Part shown: positions 15,211 to 23,984 of the stretch, one piece after another
How positions within the stretch are numbered: the first letter of the stretch is position 1
Layout of the letters: every line of letters starts with the position of its first letter
Source of the DNA: an uncultured Alphaproteobacteria bacterium
Lineage (GTDB): Bacteria > Pseudomonadota > Alphaproteobacteria > Rhodospirillales > Defluviicoccaceae
Reading direction: 5' to 3'
Length of the DNA: 24,000 bases
Assembly (NCBI GenBank): GCA_963771545.1
Contig: CAVYTX010000003.1
Coordinates: 814,971-838,970 of the forward strand
Position numbers and translations under genes: made by a program
The notes under the pieces: generated by a model
Told to the model about the DNA's origin: nothing
The model's database searches: none
The model's input: the letters and a program-made list of their open reading frames with translations, nothing else

Positions 15211-16416
15211 TCAGGCTGGGTCGCCCGGTTGTTTCGCGCGCAGGTCACGCGCAACCAGCTTGAGGGACCATAAGCTCAGCCCGATGACCGCCGCCATCAC
15301 CATGGCGCCGCCCAGAAACGGCCAATCCTTCCCGATGAAATAGAACAGGGCGCCGGCCCATCCGGGTCCCATCACCCGGGCCAGCGTGGTGACGGACCGG
15401 GCGACGCCCATGGTCCCCCCCTGCAAGTCCGCGCCCACCTGCAAGGAAATGAGGCTGTTGAGCGATGGCGACACCAGGCTGAACCCGAGGGCGACGATCA
15501 CCATCGCCGCCAGCAATGGGGCCAGCGATGTGGAGAACGGGATCATCAGCATTCCCAACGCCAGCGCGATCGAGCCGAACACGACCAACCGTCCTTCGCC
15601 GAACCGCTTCGCCAACCGTCCGATCAGCCCCCCTTGGATCGCCGCGCTGAGCAGGCCGACGAAGGCGAACAGATATCCGTTTTGCTCCGGCCCCCAGCCG
15701 AACGACCGGCGCGACCACATGGCGAAGGTGGTCTCCATGCCGGCGAATACGAATGTGGCCAGAAACGATATGGCGAGGAGCAGACCCACCGATGGCCGGG
15801 CGAGGGCCGTTCTGAAAAGCCGCCATCGGGTGGGCGCCGGGATCGCCGCCTGGCGAGCGCGGGTGGCCGGAGACAGCGACTCCTTCAAGATCAAGGCCGT
15901 CAGCACTAATGCCAGGCCGGAGAGCGCGGCGGCGATCAACGAGGGCGTGCGGTAGTCCGCGGCGAGCGGATCGGAACCCGCGAGCGCGCCGCCGATCGCC
16001 GGTCCGAAAATAAAGCCCAGTCCGAACGCGGCGCCGATCAAGCCCATGCCTTTTGCCCGGTTTGAAGGCTCCGTGACGTCCGCGACATACGCAAACGCGG
16101 TCGAAATATTGCCGGCCATGGCGCCACCGGCCAGCCGTGCGGCGAACAGCATCCACAGGGTGTCCGCGAATCCCAGCCAGATGTAAGCGCCCACGGCCCC
16201 GGCCATGCTTGCCAGCAACACCGGCCGCCGCCCGATCCGGTCGCTGAGCCGGCCCCATAAGGGAGCCGCGAGGAACTGGGTGAACGAATAGGCGGCCATG
16301 AGCAGCCCGACCTGAGCGGGAGTGGCGCCGAAGTGCTCACCGAAAAACGGCAGCAGGGGAATGATCACCCCGAAGCCAACCAAGTCGACAAAAACAATGA
16401 GAAACAGAACGGGCAT
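15211..16416 (-). CDS. MFS transporter (DHA1 / Tet-like efflux family)
   Basis: 401 aa and hydrophobic throughout. MPVLFLIVFVDLVGFGVIIPLLPF...GRLSDRIGRRPVLL is the MFS loop 2-3 motif. Confidence 0.88.
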   Translation of the reverse strand: MPVLFLIVFVDLVGFGVIIPLLPFFGEHFGATPAQVGLLMAAYSFTQFLAAPLWGRLSDRIGRRPVLLASMAGAVGAYIWLGFADTLWMLFAARLAGGAMAGNISTAFAYVADVTEPSNRAKGMGLIGAAFGLGFIFGPAIGGALAGSDPLAADYRTPSLIAAALSGLALVLTALILKESLSPATRARQAAIPAPTRWRLFRTALARPSVGLLLAISFLATFVFAGMETTFAMWSRRSFGWGPEQNGYLFAFVGLLSAAIQGGLIGRLAKRFGEGRLVVFGSIALALGMLMIPFSTSLAPLLAAMVIVALGFSLVSPSLNSLISLQVGADLQGGTMGVARSVTTLARVMGPGWAGALFYFIGKDWPFLGGAMVMAAVIGLSLWSLKLVARDLRAKQPGDPA

Positions 16417-16575
16417 GGCGAATGGTACTGCCGAATCCGGATGTTAGAGTCGGACCACTAGAGGGTCCCCGGTCGGAACTCAAGCCGGGAGGATGCGCCG
16501 ATCGGCTCCCGTCTTCGAAATCGACGGTGTCGACGAGGTCTCGACCCGTCTCGCGCAACGCACAAATGGTGGACT

Positions 16576-17769
16576 TTAACGCTGGGTGAGCTTCAGTTCG
16601 ATGCGACGGTTGCGGCGATAGGCTTCTTCGGTGTCCCGGTCGTCGAGCGGGTGGAACTCCCCGAAGCCGGCCGCCGCCAGGCGCCGGGGCGGAATACCCT
16701 GCTCGATGAGAAGTCTCACCACCGAGGTCGCCCGCGCCGTCGATAGTTCCCAGTTGGAAGGATACAGGATGGTATCGATCGGCCGCTTGTCGGTATGGCC
16801 GTCGACCCGCAGAACCCAGTCGATGTCGTCGGGGATCTTGTCGCTGATTTCCTTCAGGGTATTGGCGACTTGGCGGAGTTGGAGCCGGCCGTCGTCTTCA
16901 AGCTCCGCCGAGCCCGATGGAAACAGGACCTCGGACTGAAACACGAAGCGATCGCCGACGATGCGGACACCGGGAAGATCGCCCAGCGCTTCGCGCAGAC
17001 GTCCGAAGAACTCGGAGCGGTAACGCTGCAACTCCTGGACCTTGCTCGCCAGCGCCGCGTTGAGACGCTGGCCGAGGTTGACGATCTGAACATCTTGATT
17101 TTTTTCCTTCTCCTCCGCGGTCTCGAGGGTGGCCGTGAGTTGCCGGATCTGCTCGCGGAGCGCCGCCGTTTGCTGGTTGAGCAGCGCGATCTGGGCGCGG
17201 GCGCTTTCCGAAATTCGGCGCTCTTCGATCAACGCCGAGTCAGATTGCTCGGACTTGGCCGCCAAGGACGCGGCCTCTCGCTCAAGCTCCTCTTTCAACG
17301 CCCGCAACGCGGCGATGTCATTAGCCAACTGGGCCAGTTCCCGGCGTTGAGTATCGATGGCCTCGTCCTTGGACTCGACGGCCGCCGTGGATTCCGACAA
17401 CGCGCGCTTTAAGTCCGCCGCCTGGCTCTCGGCGCCTTCGGCCCGCTCGTTCAGCGCATGGACGGCGGCGGAAAGGTCGTCGCGCGCGCGCAGCGACGCC
17501 TGAAGTTCGGCGGAGATCTGTCCGATATTGGTGCTGAGTTGGTCGCTGGCCTTGCGCTCGAGCGCGAGAAGTTCGGCCAGTTCATCCACTTGTCCCTGGA
17601 GCCGTTTCAACGCCGTGTCGCGGCCGGATAGCGCTTCGGCGAGGAAGAACTGGGCCAGCACGAATACCATCAACAGAAAGATGATGACCATCAACAACGT
17701 CGCCAGGGCGTCGACAAATCCCGGCCAGGTGTTGTCGGGACGGCGGCCGCGGAGCGCTCGGGTGGCCAT
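16576..17769 (-). CDS. MotB/OmpA-family protein: N-terminal TM with conserved Asp, ~200-aa coiled-coil-like spacer, C-terminal OmpA-like peptidoglycan-binding domain
   Basis: 397 aa. The TM segment is WPGFVDALATLLMVIIFLLMVFVLAQFF (Asp20, in the position of the proton-relay Asp of MotB/ExbD/TolR). Residues ~45-255 are A/L/E/Q-rich and heptad-like. The C-terminus reads FPSGSAEL...VDGHTDKRPI...SNWELSTARATSVVRLL...RRNRRIELKL. Confidence 0.85.
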   Translation of the reverse strand: MATRALRGRRPDNTWPGFVDALATLLMVIIFLLMVFVLAQFFLAEALSGRDTALKRLQGQVDELAELLALERKASDQLSTNIGQISAELQASLRARDDLSAAVHALNERAEGAESQAADLKRALSESTAAVESKDEAIDTQRRELAQLANDIAALRALKEELEREAASLAAKSEQSDSALIEERRISESARAQIALLNQQTAALREQIRQLTATLETAEEKEKNQDVQIVNLGQRLNAALASKVQELQRYRSEFFGRLREALGDLPGVRIVGDRFVFQSEVLFPSGSAELEDDGRLQLRQVANTLKEISDKIPDDIDWVLRVDGHTDKRPIDTILYPSNWELSTARATSVVRLLIEQGIPPRRLAAAGFGEFHPLDDRDTEEAYRRNRRIELKLTQR

Positions 17770-17790
17770 GCGTACGGTCCCGTCCCCGCG

Positions 17791-18939
17791 TCAGCGCTCG
17801 GCGTCTTCGGCGAGCGCCGCGATCGTGCGGGCAAGCAGCCGGATCTCGCTTCTCAACTGCTGGATGATGTCTTCCCGCCCGGCGCTCACTTCTTCGAGCA
17901 AGCGAGCCGCGTAGACCTCGAGGTTACGGACGTGCGTGCGCGTCGCTTCATCCAGGCCGGTGCTTGCGCCTTGGCTGGTGCTGTCGGCCAACCGGGCGAG
18001 AACCGGCCGCAATTCGCTCTGGCCTTCCGCCAGCCTGAGCATCAGACCCTGCTCCGCGCGCATCTGATCGGTGAGGGCGCCGATATTCTCGCCGAGCCCG
18101 ATCAGCTGGGAATGAGTCGACACCCGGTTTTCCTCCCCGCGAGCGATGGTTCGCTGCAGTCCGTCGAGACTTTCGGCCGTCTGCTCCAGCAAGGCCTGAA
18201 CATAGGCGGGAACGGAATGCTCGCCTTCGCCCGACAGAGCGCCGCTGGAAAGCCGGGTCACGCCGGAGAGCCACTCCTCGAGGTCGTTGTAGAAACGGTT
18301 CTGAGCCTGACCGGCCTGCAGGTCGAGAAATCCGAGGATCAGGGAACCTCCGAGGCCGAAAAGCGACGATGAGAAGGCCGTCCCCATCCCGGAGAGCGGC
18401 GCCTCCAAACCCCGCTTCAGATCGGTGAAAACGGTGGCGAGATCGCCACTTTCCACCGACAGCCCGCGAATGACGTCGCCGATGGAGCCGATCGTCTGCA
18501 GCAGCCCCCAAAACGTGCCCAACAGCCCGAGAAAGATCAGAAGCCCGATCGTATAGCGCGACAGATCGCGAGATTCGTCAAGCCGCGACGCAATGCCGTC
18601 CAGCAGCGAGCGCATCGCCATTGCCGACAGCGACAACCGGCTCTTGCGTTCGCCAAGCATGGTTGCCATCGGCGCTAACAGCTTCGGCGGCTTGCCGCTG
18701 ACGGCGCCGATCCGTTCGCCGCGGAAGCTCTCGATCCATGTCACCTCCGGGCCGAGCATGATGACCTGGCGGAAATTGTAGAGAATGCCAAGCACCATGA
18801 CGCCGAGGATCAAGCCGTTGAGCGGGGCGTTCGCCAGGAACGCGTCTCGCAACGGCGGATAAAGCAGGGCTGAAAGGACCGCCACCGCAACCACAAACAC
18901 GGCCATGCGGACCAAGAAACGTCGCGGCCGGGTCATCAC
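17791..18939 (-). CDS. MotA/TolQ/ExbB-family proton-channel protein with ~165-aa C-terminal helical tail
   Basis: 382 aa. Two N-terminal TM segments and a ~80-aa loop are followed by the channel core IGLLIFLGLLGTFWGLLQTIG...PLSGMGTAFSSSLFGLGGSLILGFL. Then comes a charged helical tail (...LLEQTAESLDGLQRTIARGEENRV...QLRSEIRLLARTIAALAEDAER). Start is GTG 18939 or ATG 18936. Confidence 0.85.
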   Translation of the reverse strand: MMTRPRRFLVRMAVFVVAVAVLSALLYPPLRDAFLANAPLNGLILGVMVLGILYNFRQVIMLGPEVTWIESFRGERIGAVSGKPPKLLAPMATMLGERKSRLSLSAMAMRSLLDGIASRLDESRDLSRYTIGLLIFLGLLGTFWGLLQTIGSIGDVIRGLSVESGDLATVFTDLKRGLEAPLSGMGTAFSSSLFGLGGSLILGFLDLQAGQAQNRFYNDLEEWLSGVTRLSSGALSGEGEHSVPAYVQALLEQTAESLDGLQRTIARGEENRVSTHSQLIGLGENIGALTDQMRAEQGLMLRLAEGQSELRPVLARLADSTSQGASTGLDEATRTHVRNLEVYAARLLEEVSAGREDIIQQLRSEIRLLARTIAALAEDAER

Positions 18940-18980
18940 GACAGACTTTTCCAGTTCTTAAGAAGGTTAGAGTACACGCA

Positions 18981-20165
18981 TTATCGCTGGACGACTTTGA
19001 CGTCAACCCGGTCCATGGGGGCTGAAGGCGCTTTGTCGCCCAAGGCGCGCACGTCGATGCGGCTGGTTTTGATCCCGTTTTCGATCAGGTAGGACCGCAC
19101 CGATAATGCGCGCGACAGCGACATCCGCCGCGCCTTGCTGGGCGATAAATTCTCGCCGTCCGCGTAAGCCAGGAGTTGCAGTCGCAAATTTTCCTGCGAT
19201 CGGAGCCGATCCGCCAAATCCTTGAGTTCGGCGCGCGACGAACTGGTCAAGCTTGTATCGGTCGCCCCGAACTCGACTTGGAGCAAGTCCCCCGTCGCCT
19301 GGGTCCCTTCGGAGGGAGGAAGCGAGCCTTGCTCCATGCGTGCCGCCGGCTGCAGCGCAACCGACTTCTCATCCGCCTGGGGGAGGGGCGTTGTCACGGC
19401 TTGTTTCGTCGCGGGGGCGGACGGGGGTTCGATCGCCGCCGCCGACCCGGATGCACCGGTAAGCTCCTGGCTCAACGGAGGCGTTGATGCCGTCTCTTCT
19501 CCCGGCGGCAAGGCCGGTGGGGTGGACAATTCGTGTTCCGCTTCGGGAGCGGAAGCGGCGCCGGTCGCCGTTGGGGCGATGGCCGCCACATCGGCGGCTG
19601 GACGCGGCCTTGGCCCAAGGCGCGCCGGGCCGGTGTCGTCGGGGCCCAGAATTTGAGGCCGCGATGGCGTGGGGCCGACAACGGCTCCCGTACGTGAGGG
19701 CGCCGTGACCGCGCGCGGCTCCTGACCGATGCTTGTGGCTGCCCCTTGAGGGCGCGGACTTGTTTCTTGAGGACGGGGCGCGGGCGTCAGATCGGTCAGC
19801 TCAAGGGCCCGCAATCGAGGTGATTGCCGCTTGGACCCCGGCGGTCTCAGATTCGCCGTTCTTTGCCGAGGCGGATTCAGCGTCGCGTATGGAAGGCTGT
19901 CCGGATCCGGTTCATAAAGTTGCGACTGCGGAAACACGTCCGGCCTCGGCATGATCAGGCCGCCAGGCCGTGCGAGCGAGGGGCGAGTCGACCCCGACCC
20001 TTGGTCCTCGATGACGCTGAGATCCACCGTGACGCTGGGATTGGCGGGCGCGTCGTCCTGGGCGCGCGCGGCGGCGGCAAACAGCACGGTCGCGGCGACC
20101 GCTGCCGCAAAACCAGCCTTGGCTCCGCTGAAATGCCTGCGTTCGGATGAGATCACGATGCGCAA
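18981..20165 (-). CDS. Secreted Pro/Ser/Thr/Ala-rich protein with C-terminal OmpA-like domain
   Basis: 394 aa with a TTG start. The signal peptide is ...AAAVAATVLFAAAARA|QDD, followed by ~250 aa of low-complexity Pro-rich sequence. The C-terminus reads LQVEFGATDTSLTSSSRAELKDLADRL...LLAYADGENLSPSKARRMSLSRALSVRSYLIENGI...IDVRALGDK, a degenerate OmpA_C pattern. Confidence 0.7.
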   Translation of the reverse strand: MRIVISSERRHFSGAKAGFAAAVAATVLFAAAARAQDDAPANPSVTVDLSVIEDQGSGSTRPSLARPGGLIMPRPDVFPQSQLYEPDPDSLPYATLNPPRQRTANLRPPGSKRQSPRLRALELTDLTPAPRPQETSPRPQGAATSIGQEPRAVTAPSRTGAVVGPTPSRPQILGPDDTGPARLGPRPRPAADVAAIAPTATGAASAPEAEHELSTPPALPPGEETASTPPLSQELTGASGSAAAIEPPSAPATKQAVTTPLPQADEKSVALQPAARMEQGSLPPSEGTQATGDLLQVEFGATDTSLTSSSRAELKDLADRLRSQENLRLQLLAYADGENLSPSKARRMSLSRALSVRSYLIENGIKTSRIDVRALGDKAPSAPMDRVDVKVVQR

Positions 20166-20246
20166 GTTATCCTAGACGATTGAAACATCGACAAACCAGA
20201 CTAACGAAGAACCCAATTCCGCACAACGGTCTTGCTCGCTCAGTAT

Positions 20247-20269
20247 TATCGAATATAGATACTTCGATA
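20247..20269. promoter_or_regulatory. Inverted repeat TATCGAA-N9-TTCGATA in an AT-rich spacer upstream of the stator-like operon (candidate operator)
   Basis: TATCGAA at 20247..20253 and TTCGATA at 20263..20269 sit inside the unusually AT-rich stretch cagtattatcgaatatagatacttcgatattgtaaactta. This lies between the suhB stop (20288) and the start of 18981..20165. Confidence 0.3.
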
Positions 20270-20287
20270 TTGTAAACTTACGTCTTG

Positions 20288-21103
20288 TTAATTTTGCCCC
20301 TTTCCCGGCGCGCTGGCTTTTGAGATCAAACTCATGAGCGGGCCATGAAGCGCGCTATTGGCGGACAATATACCGCCTCCGGCAAGCATGCCGGTGCCGC
20401 CCGAGATGTCCGTTACGAACCCTCCGGACTCGCGCACCAGAACGATCCCGGCCGCTACGTCCCATGGGTTCAAGCCATTTTCCCAATAGCCGTCGTATCG
20501 TCCCGCCGCCACATAGGCCAGATCCAGCGCCGCCGAACCATATCGCCGAATACCCGCGGATACCTCCATTACAGACTGCAATTGTTGCAGAAACAAGGCG
20601 TGGTCGGGGATCCCCAAGAACGGTATGCCGGTTGCGAAGATCGCTTCGTTCATGTTCTTGCGGGCCGACACCCGGATGCGCCGGCCGTTGAGGTATGCGC
20701 CGAGCCCCTTCTCGGCGACGAACATCTCGTCGTACACCGGCGAATAAACGACGCCGGCGAACAGGTCGCCATCGCGTTCCAGTGCGATCGATATGGAGAA
20801 ATGGGGAATGCCATGCAGGAAGTTGGTCGTTCCGTCCAGCGGATCCACGATCCAGCGGTTGGACGTGTCCTTGCCCTCGAAGCCGCCGCTCTCTTCCATC
20901 AACATGCCATATGCCGGCCGAGCCTTCACGAGTTGGGCGCGGAGGACCTCTTCCGAGCGCCTGTCGGCCTTGCTGACGAAGTCCGCCGGACCTTTCTTGG
21001 AGACCTGCAGGTGCTCGATTTCACCCAGATCTCGAATAAGACCGCGCGCGGCCTTCCGTGCGGCCGCCGTCATGACGTTCAGCAATGCCGAGCGTTGGAT
21101 CAT
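20288..21103 (-). CDS. suhB: Inositol monophosphatase family protein (SuhB-like)
   Basis: 271 aa with MIQRSALLNVMTAAARKA, WIVDPLDGTTNFLHG and WDVAAG motifs. Confidence 0.9.
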   Translation of the reverse strand: MIQRSALLNVMTAAARKAARGLIRDLGEIEHLQVSKKGPADFVSKADRRSEEVLRAQLVKARPAYGMLMEESGGFEGKDTSNRWIVDPLDGTTNFLHGIPHFSISIALERDGDLFAGVVYSPVYDEMFVAEKGLGAYLNGRRIRVSARKNMNEAIFATGIPFLGIPDHALFLQQLQSVMEVSAGIRRYGSAALDLAYVAAGRYDGYWENGLNPWDVAAGIVLVRESGGFVTDISGGTGMLAGGGILSANSALHGPLMSLISKASAPGKGQN

Positions 21104-21125
21104 AAGAAGGTTTTCGCTTCCGGGG

Positions 21126-21695
21126 TCAGTCCTTGGCGCGTTCCACGTAGGAGCGGTCGGCGGTATTGATAACGATGCGCACGCCGGATTCTATGTGAGG
21201 GGGCACCATCACCCTCATTCCGTTCTCGAGCATAGCGGGCTTATAGGACGACGACGCGGTTTGCCCCTTGACCACGGCGTCCGCTTCGGTCACCTCGAGG
21301 GTCACCGTGTCGGGGAGTTGGAGGCTAATGGGTGAACCCTCGTGGGACTCAATGGTGACCGTCATGTTCTCCTGCAGCATCGGCAACTGGTCCTCGCCGA
21401 TCACCTCCGGCGCGAGTTCCATTTGTTCGAACGTTTCGTTGTCCATGAACGTGTAGGAGGTCCCATCCGTAAAGAGATACTGATAGAGCTTCTGATCGAG
21501 CCGGACCCGCTCGACAGTCTCGGCGGAACGAAACCGTTCGTTGAGCTTGGTTCCGTCCAAAAGATTTTTCAGTTCGACCTGAAGATAAGCTCCACCCTTG
21601 CCCGGCTGCGTGTGCTGGATCTTGACCGCGCGCCAAAGGCGCCCCTGGTGCTCGATGACCATTCCGGGGCGAATGGCGTTACCGTTGATTTTCAT
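21126..21695 (-). CDS. efp: Translation elongation factor P
   Basis: 189 aa from the ATG at 21695: [44 protein letters not shown]... The ORF-track entry up to 21992 is an Arg-rich over-extension. Confidence 0.93.
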   Translation of the reverse strand: MKINGNAIRPGMVIEHQGRLWRAVKIQHTQPGKGGAYLQVELKNLLDGTKLNERFRSAETVERVRLDQKLYQYLFTDGTSYTFMDNETFEQMELAPEVIGEDQLPMLQENMTVTIESHEGSPISLQLPDTVTLEVTEADAVVKGQTASSSYKPAMLENGMRVMVPPHIESGVRIVINTADRSYVERAKD

Positions 21696-21808
21696 GGGTT
21701 CATCCGTGTCACTGAAAAGCGCCCGAGTTGAGGCGCGGAAGCTAGCAGGTCGAAAAGATGTGGGCAATGGGCGTACGGCGCGGCTGGCGATGCTGGGGAC
21801 AATCCTGG

Positions 21809-22447
21809 TTATCCACGTCCGCGAAGGGTGTCGTTGAAGCGCCGGACGGCGGCGGCCGGTCCATCTGGGTATTTCCAAACCCCGGCGGAAACGGCGAGGA
21901 AATCCGCGCCGGCCTCGACGAGCGGACGGCAGTTGTCGACGGCAATGCCGCCGATGGCGACGCACGGCACGGTCATCAGTTCCGCCCACCACTCCAGAAG
22001 GGCGGGTTGCGCCCAGGTAGCCGGTTCTTTTGTCGATGTGGGATAAAAGGCCCCGAACGCCACATAGTCGGCGCCGGCGTCGGCGGCGACCATCGCCAAG
22101 TGACGTGAATTGTGGCAGGTCACGCCCACAATGCGGTCCGGGCCGACCCGGTCGCGCGCTTCCCGGTAGGTTCGATCGCTTTGACCGATATGCGCCCCGT
22201 CACAGCCGGTTTCGACGGCGAGGTCGGGGCGGTCGTTCAGGATCATCGCCACGTCCCTGCCCTGGACGATGGGTCGGAGCACGTCGCAGGTTCGCCGGAT
22301 GGTGTCGTCATCCACATCCTTGAGCCGTAACTGAACACAGGCGACATCGCCGGCGTCCAGCGTCGCCCCGAGGAGGGACGGGAACGCCGCCGGGTCAAGG
22401 CGCGCCGGCGTGATTAAATACAGCCGGCAGGAGGTTGGGGAAGTCAC
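21809..22447 (-). CDS. thiE: Thiamine-phosphate synthase
   Basis: 212 aa: LYLITP...VQLRLKD...ILNDRPDLA...DGAHIGQSD...VGVTCH...[16 protein letters not shown]...VAIGGI. Confidence 0.88.
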   Translation of the reverse strand: MTSPTSCRLYLITPARLDPAAFPSLLGATLDAGDVACVQLRLKDVDDDTIRRTCDVLRPIVQGRDVAMILNDRPDLAVETGCDGAHIGQSDRTYREARDRVGPDRIVGVTCHNSRHLAMVAADAGADYVAFGAFYPTSTKEPATWAQPALLEWWAELMTVPCVAIGGIAVDNCRPLVEAGADFLAVSAGVWKYPDGPAAAVRRFNDTLRGRG

Positions 22448-22460
22448 GCGAAGCCGTCTC

Positions 22461-23411
22461 TCAACCCGCCGATGCTTCCTTTCCGAGATAGATGCCGATG
22501 ATCCGGTTCAGCATATCGAGTGCTTCCTCGCGCGGCCGCTGGAAGGTATTGCGGCCGATGATCGAGCCGTTGCCGCCGCCGTCGCGGATATCGCGGGCAT
22601 CCTGAAAAATCTGGTCGGCGCCTTTCTTGGCTCCGCCCGAGAACACCACCAGTCTTCGTCCGTTGAACGCCGCCTGCACGCAATGGCGAACGCGGGCCGC
22701 CTGCGTCGAGACATCGATGCCTTCGGCTTCGTACACCTTTCGAGCCTCTTCTTGCTCGATGTCGGCGCTCGGAAGTTTGATCTTGATGATGTGAGCGCCG
22801 AGCAGCGCCGCCATGTGGCACGCATAGGCGCCGATGTCGACGGCGAGTTCACCCGCCTTGGACAGGTCTCCGCCCCGGGGGTACGACCAGATGACGGTGG
22901 CGATTCCCTTGGATTTCGCTTCGCTCGACATCTCCCGGATGTCTTCCATCATGGTGAAGGCCTCATCGGAGCTTGGATAAATGGTGAAGCCGATGGCGGC
23001 GCACCCCAGCCGCACGGCGTCATCGACCGAGGCGGTGATGGCTTGCGATGGAGCCTCGACGCTCCGGTATAGCGTGTTCGAGCTGTTGACCTTCAGGATC
23101 AGCGGGATTTGCCCGGCATAGGTGTCGGCGACCGCCTCCACCATTCCCAGCGGCGTCGCATAGGCGTTGAGACCCGCATCGATGGCGATCTGGATATGAT
23201 ACGAGGGATCGTAGCCCGCCGGGTTCGGCGCGAAACTGCGAACCGGGCCATGCTCGAACCCCTGATCGACGGGCAGGATGACGACCTTACCCGTGCCGGC
23301 CAGCTTGCCCGTGCACAGAATCCGCGCGATGTTCGCTTTTGTCCCTGGATTGTCGCTTTCGTAGTTCGCGAGAATTCTTTTGACGCGCTGTGTTACCTTC
23401 ATTTTTGTCAT
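22461..23411 (-). CDS. fbaB: Class I fructose-bisphosphate aldolase (FbaB/DhnA, DeoC/LacD superfamily)
   Basis: Colinear with E. coli FbaB as I recall it: [22 protein letters not shown]...IPLILKVN...IGFTIYPSS...IIKIKLP...VVFSGGAKK...[15 protein letters not shown] chose the ATG at 23411 ([10 protein letters not shown]...). The ATG at 23402 and the ORF-track TTG at 23465 are alternatives. Confidence 0.85.
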   Translation of the reverse strand: MTKMKVTQRVKRILANYESDNPGTKANIARILCTGKLAGTGKVVILPVDQGFEHGPVRSFAPNPAGYDPSYHIQIAIDAGLNAYATPLGMVEAVADTYAGQIPLILKVNSSNTLYRSVEAPSQAITASVDDAVRLGCAAIGFTIYPSSDEAFTMMEDIREMSSEAKSKGIATVIWSYPRGGDLSKAGELAVDIGAYACHMAALLGAHIIKIKLPSADIEQEEARKVYEAEGIDVSTQAARVRHCVQAAFNGRRLVVFSGGAKKGADQIFQDARDIRDGGGNGSIIGRNTFQRPREEALDMLNRIIGIYLGKEASAG

Positions 23412-23489
23412 TTTCCCGAATATTCGAGTGTCAGAGTCTCTCAACGATTCAAGTACACGAGGCAATTCCGCTTGGCAACGCGCTTGAAT

Positions 23490-23945
23490 TCAGCATCCGC
23501 GTTGGGACAGCCAGCTTCGGCACGCGCAAACGGGTTCGGGACAGTCGATCAAATCTAGAGCGGGAGGCCGCTCGCGAACGACGGTCGCGCCCGTCTGCCG
23601 CGCGATGTCGGCGACCCTGGCCAAAGTGGCCGGCGGAAGATCAACCCGCACGAATCCAACACCGTGACGAAAGGCGGCGAGCGCGAACCCGGCATCCCTG
23701 CCGCAGTCGAGAATGCCGATGGCGTCAATTCCGGGAAATTCCGCGGTCGCGGCGTTGATGATTTCACGAAACATCGGCGCCCCCATGTAAGCCGCGGCGC
23801 TTGGCGCGCTCCAGAGCGCCACCGGCAGGCCCGTGCCGGCCGCCGCCTTCAGGACCGCGCGCGCATGGTCTACACCGTGAATGACAAAGGCATGCCTGTC
23901 TAGCGGGCTGCGCATGTACGCTGTTTTCGCGGTTGCGCTCGGCAT
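23490..23945 (-). CDS. Hypothetical protein (151 aa), family not recognised
   Basis: The ORF is uninterrupted, with GC3-rich, coding-like codon usage and no Arg-rich shadow character. No motif I recognise. No SD precedes the first ATG, so the start is uncertain. Confidence 0.5.
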   Translation of the reverse strand: MPSATAKTAYMRSPLDRHAFVIHGVDHARAVLKAAAGTGLPVALWSAPSAAAYMGAPMFREIINAATAEFPGIDAIGILDCGRDAGFALAAFRHGVGFVRVDLPPATLARVADIARQTGATVVRERPPALDLIDCPEPVCACRSWLSQRGC

Positions 23946-23953
23946 GAGGCAGC

Positions 23954-23984
23954 AAAAAAAGAGCAGGGCCCCGGGGCCCTGCTC
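23954..23984 (-). terminator. Rho-independent terminator (10-bp GC stem, CCGG loop, U7 tail on the minus strand)
   Basis: GAGCAGGGCC-ccgg-GGCCCTGCTC at 23961..23984 is followed on the minus strand by TTTTTTT (A7 at 23954..23960). It presumably terminates a minus-strand gene beyond the right edge. Confidence 0.8.

Noticed and set aside
15245-16258. 337-aa minus-strand ORF inside the MFS gene; similarly 20345..21169 (plus) opposite suhB and 17948..18511 inside the MotA-like gene
   Set aside because: These are alternative-frame or antisense products that are extremely Arg/Gly/Pro-rich. The overlapping frames encode recognisable membrane or enzyme proteins.
16576-18939. Calling the MotA/MotB-like pair a Zorya (ZorAB) anti-phage system
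   Set aside because: No ZorC/D/E-like effector genes are present. The A-subunit tail is far shorter than I recall for ZorA, and the long extension is on the B subunit. The neighbourhood is housekeeping rather than a defence island. I keep it only as an architectural analogy in the finding.
21696-21992. N-terminal extension of efp (the 288-aa ORF-track entry); likewise the rpmE extension to 15151, the dodecin extension to 7720 and the response-regulator extension to 10001
   Set aside because: The extensions are Arg/Pro-rich and have no homology to the families. Canonical N-termini with internal start codons fit each family, and dodecin has a clear SD as well.
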